From: an uncultured Clostridia bacterium
Lineage (GTDB): Bacteria > Bacillota > Clostridia > Lachnospirales > Bianqueaceae
NCBI GenBank assembly: GCA_944383515.1
Contig: CALWPV010000026.1
Span: 19,377 to 83,376 of the forward strand
Direction: 5' to 3'
Length of the DNA stretch: 64,000 nt
The translations under genes and the position numbers were made by a program. This document shows positions 63,571 to 64,000 of the stretch, in pieces. The notes under the pieces were generated by a model that had not been told where the DNA came from, made no database searches, and saw only the letters and a program-made list of their open reading frames with translations. Numbering within the stretch: the first letter of the stretch is position 1; each line of letters begins with the position of its first letter.

Positions 63571-64000
63571 ATGATGAAAACGGCTGTTAGCTCTTACAGC
63601 TTTATGCAGGCTCTCAAAAACGGAAGCCTGACGCTGATGCAGTGCATTAGCAAAGCGAAGGAAATTGGATTCGATGCAATTGAGTTTGTAGACTTCACCA
63701 TGACCTCTACTCTGCCGGAAGGCATGAGCATGATGGACTATGCTAAAGCATTAAAAGAGGAATGCGATCGCGTTGGTCTGGTCATTACCAACTACACCTG
63801 CGGCGCTGATTTTCAGAATAACGACGTTGCTGAAGAAGTAGAACGGATGAAAGGCCAAATCGATATTGCTGAAACTCTGGGTGCTATCGGCTGCCGCCAC
63901 GATGCTTGCTGGGGCGCTAAAGACGGCGTATACAAGAGCTTTGATTCTTTAATTCCCCGCCTGGCTGACGGTATTCGTCAAGTAACCGAGTATGCTGCCA
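63571..64000 (+). CDS. second sugar phosphate isomerase/epimerase TIM-barrel protein (partial; continues beyond the window)
   Basis: My own translation from ATG 63571, which follows GGAGG, gives MMKTAVSSYSFMQALKNGSLTLMQCISKAKEIGFDAIEFVDF... The frame stays open to the window end. Confidence 0.75.
   Translation, partial: MMKTAVSSYSFMQALKNGSLTLMQCISKAKEIGFDAIEFVDFTMTSTLPEGMSMMDYAKALKEECDRVGLVITNYTCGADFQNNDVAEEVERMKGQIDIAETLGAIGCRHDACWGAKDGVYKSFDSLIPRLADGIRQVTEYAA

Overview
This window is a 64-kb chromosomal core segment. Its gene content looks like an anaerobic, spore-forming Firmicute of the Clostridia type (Rnf complex, sigH, a SpoVAF/GerA-like gene, cotJABC); that taxonomic call is inference only. 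I support about 75 protein genes and one tRNA-Thr(CGU). I found no rRNA, CRISPR array, transposase, phage block or recognisable defence island. Gene order is as follows: a spoVAF-like gene, prs, and a divergent lexA/yneA-like SOS module. Next come rplU-prp-rpmA, obg-yhbY-nadD-yqeK-rsfS, rubrerythrin, and a ttcA-like gene coupled to a Xer-family recombinase. Then follow RNase G with a TIGR03936/TIGR03960 radical-SAM pair, and the elongasome operon radC-mreBCD-mrdA-rodA with mgsA coupled at its end. After that come rnfCDGEAB, a DUF378 gene, a mini P-loop gene, rluA-family/SPFH/nfeD, and a GNAT-mrnC-rlmB-sigH-mgtE run. Then anmK with a serine hydrolase, truA, pfk, tRNA-Thr, efp-dapA and two fused shikimate genes. 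The window ends with the complete hisZGDCBHAFIE operon, a MacB-type ABC pair, an aldolase, cotJABC, a PPTase and a sugar-isomerase/oxidoreductase cluster. Many ORF-track starts were trimmed to the first start codon that has a Shine-Dalgarno sequence; several genes use GTG. I did not find a clear new multi-gene system. The most unexplained signals are non-coding. (1) A roughly 78-80-nt two-hairpin module bounded by GGTATAATACC boxes occurs at two unlinked loci, and its differences between copies are compensatory stem changes. (2) A 106-nt hairpin cassette sits inside the his operon between exact 31-bp duplications of the hisH-stop/hisA-SD-ATG junction, and it carries a sense-oriented terminator-like hairpin and an anti-SD. 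Secondary curiosities are the AroK-AroQ and YqeG-AroE fusions, a roughly 350-aa coiled-coil hairpin in an FtsX-type permease, a roughly 240-aa insertion in PBP2, an uncharacterised radical-SAM/RNase G trio, and an orphan 137-aa P-loop protein.
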